Shown here in pieces: positions 62,762-64,000 of a DNA stretch of 64,000 nt. The position numbers were made by a program, and so were the translations under genes. Numbering within the stretch: the stretch's first letter is position 1; the number at the start of each line of letters is the position of its first letter. The notes beneath the pieces were generated by a model that searched no databases, was not told where the DNA came from, and worked only from the letters and a program-made list of their open reading frames with translations. This DNA comes from Haliotis rufescens (lineage: Eukaryota), in NCBI RefSeq assembly GCF_023055435.1, contig NW_025964112.1, positions 32,302,001 through 32,366,000 on the forward strand. Direction: 5' to 3'.

Positions 62762-62887
62762 GTAGGAGCATTAGCTGGGTTTTTTCACAAATTTCCAAGA
62801 TTTACATATAAATATAAGGTCAACATCTGAAAACATTTTATCGCATGTTGACATGTTTTCAGCCATACATGATTCTGAGTGTTTTTT

Positions 62888-63470
62888 CTTTTATCTCCGA
62901 CTATGAACATGATGAAGTGGGGCGTGGGATACCGAGTTCGTCCTTCTTGAAGGGGTTAAATTTTCTCAAAAACTCTTAAAGTTAGAGAAATGAAATTTTA
63001 CACACTGATGTTACTGGTCATGACCTCAAATGGGTTAAAAATTGGTGTCATAAATTCATTTTTTATAGAGTCATAGTCCTTGCCCTGTGCTTTTCAACTT
63101 AGTGCATACAGCATGAAATGGATACAGTTTTTCTCAGAAATTATAGAAGTTACGTGAATGAAAGTTTGCATGCTTATCTAAGAGATACTTGTCAAGACTG
63201 AGCCCAAAATTTGGTCCTGTCAATTATTATAACACAATTATTGCCTTTGCTCCATGCTTTTCAACTCAGTGCATACTATGTGAAATGGGGACAAGGTGTC
63301 TCAGAAACTATAGATGTTACGTGTATCAAAGTTTGCATGCGAGTTTGAAAATTGGTCCGGCAAATTATTGTTTTATTTTTATTATTCTTCGCGAGAAGGG
63401 GCTTTTTGTGCATTTATTTCACATTTTATCATTTTTTCTAATGACAAGACGGACCAGGTGCCTATATTTT
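62888..63470 (+). mobile_element. Degenerate HINE-like element with internal tandem units
   Basis: Repeated TCTCAGAAA(C/T)TATAGA..TTACGTG...AAAGTTTGCATG units; terminal palindrome-like sequence. Confidence 0.45.
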
Positions 63471-63808
63471 TAAGGGTTAATAGGACTGTGTTTTTTTTTA
63501 ATAGTTTATGTTAACTACTATGTGAACAAACAGAATTCTAATGAGCCCCATGTTCTTACTGACTGTGCCAAAACATTTCATTTGACCAGCTTGAAGTAGA
63601 AGGTATGAGTGGGCATTGGTCAAATGGTGATGAGTTGGATCTGCTAGTCTTGATGTGGATCACAGATTCCCCCTGATTTTGGTCCTTGGCAGCACTACCT
63701 GTAAGCATAGGATTTACAAAAGGGAATTGTCCAAGAGCTGCATCACTTTTTCTTCTTCCCATGTAGCTGACATACCCTGATAAAACTAAAAAGATACTGT
63801 TCAAAGTT

Positions 63809-63871
63809 GCTCGCTCGCTCGCTCGCTTGCTCACTCACTCACTCACTCACTCACTCACTCACTCACTCACT
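63809..63871. repeat. (CTCG)n(CTCA)n tetranucleotide microsatellite
   Basis: Directly visible. Confidence 0.9.
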
Positions 63872-64000
63872 AGGTTAAATTCTCCCCCCCCCCAAAAAAA
63901 AAATATATTCAAAACCCAATTACTTTCAATTAACTTGCGTACAGAAAGGCATGCATTAAATGAAAAACCCAAATATATAAAAACAGCTTGCATATATATA

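Overview
Eukaryotic (animal) genomic DNA, AT-rich and repeat-dense. The SINE/HINE repertoire suggests a mollusc, plausibly abalone (Haliotis); that is inference, not tested. Four spliced housekeeping genes were reconstructed by hand with GT-AG boundaries and consistent phases, arranged as two head-to-head pairs that converge in the middle: BECN1 (minus, 5' part, 7 exons, runs off the left edge), GUK1 guanylate kinase (plus, complete), TSFM mitochondrial EF-Ts (minus, complete, ~329 aa) and CASC3/Barentsz (plus, 5' part, 6 exons). Introns hold five large minisatellite arrays and many degenerate transposons: DIRS-like, I/Nimb-like LINE, Tc1, pogo, hAT/Harbinger-type MITEs, Helentron-type HINEs and several tRNA-derived SINEs. 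The most notable observations are: (1) a TSFM exon end plus its 5' splice site amplified into about 45 in-frame 33-bp tandem copies, giving a ladder of alternative donors; (2) a distant GUK1 first exon next to the BECN1 start that encodes a mitochondrial-presequence-like peptide in frame with the downstream Met; (3) a TSFM exon beginning AG|GTAAGC, a recursive splice site motif; (4) an acidic microsatellite-derived insertion in EF-Ts. Most long ORFs in the supplied track are spurious translations of tandem repeats.
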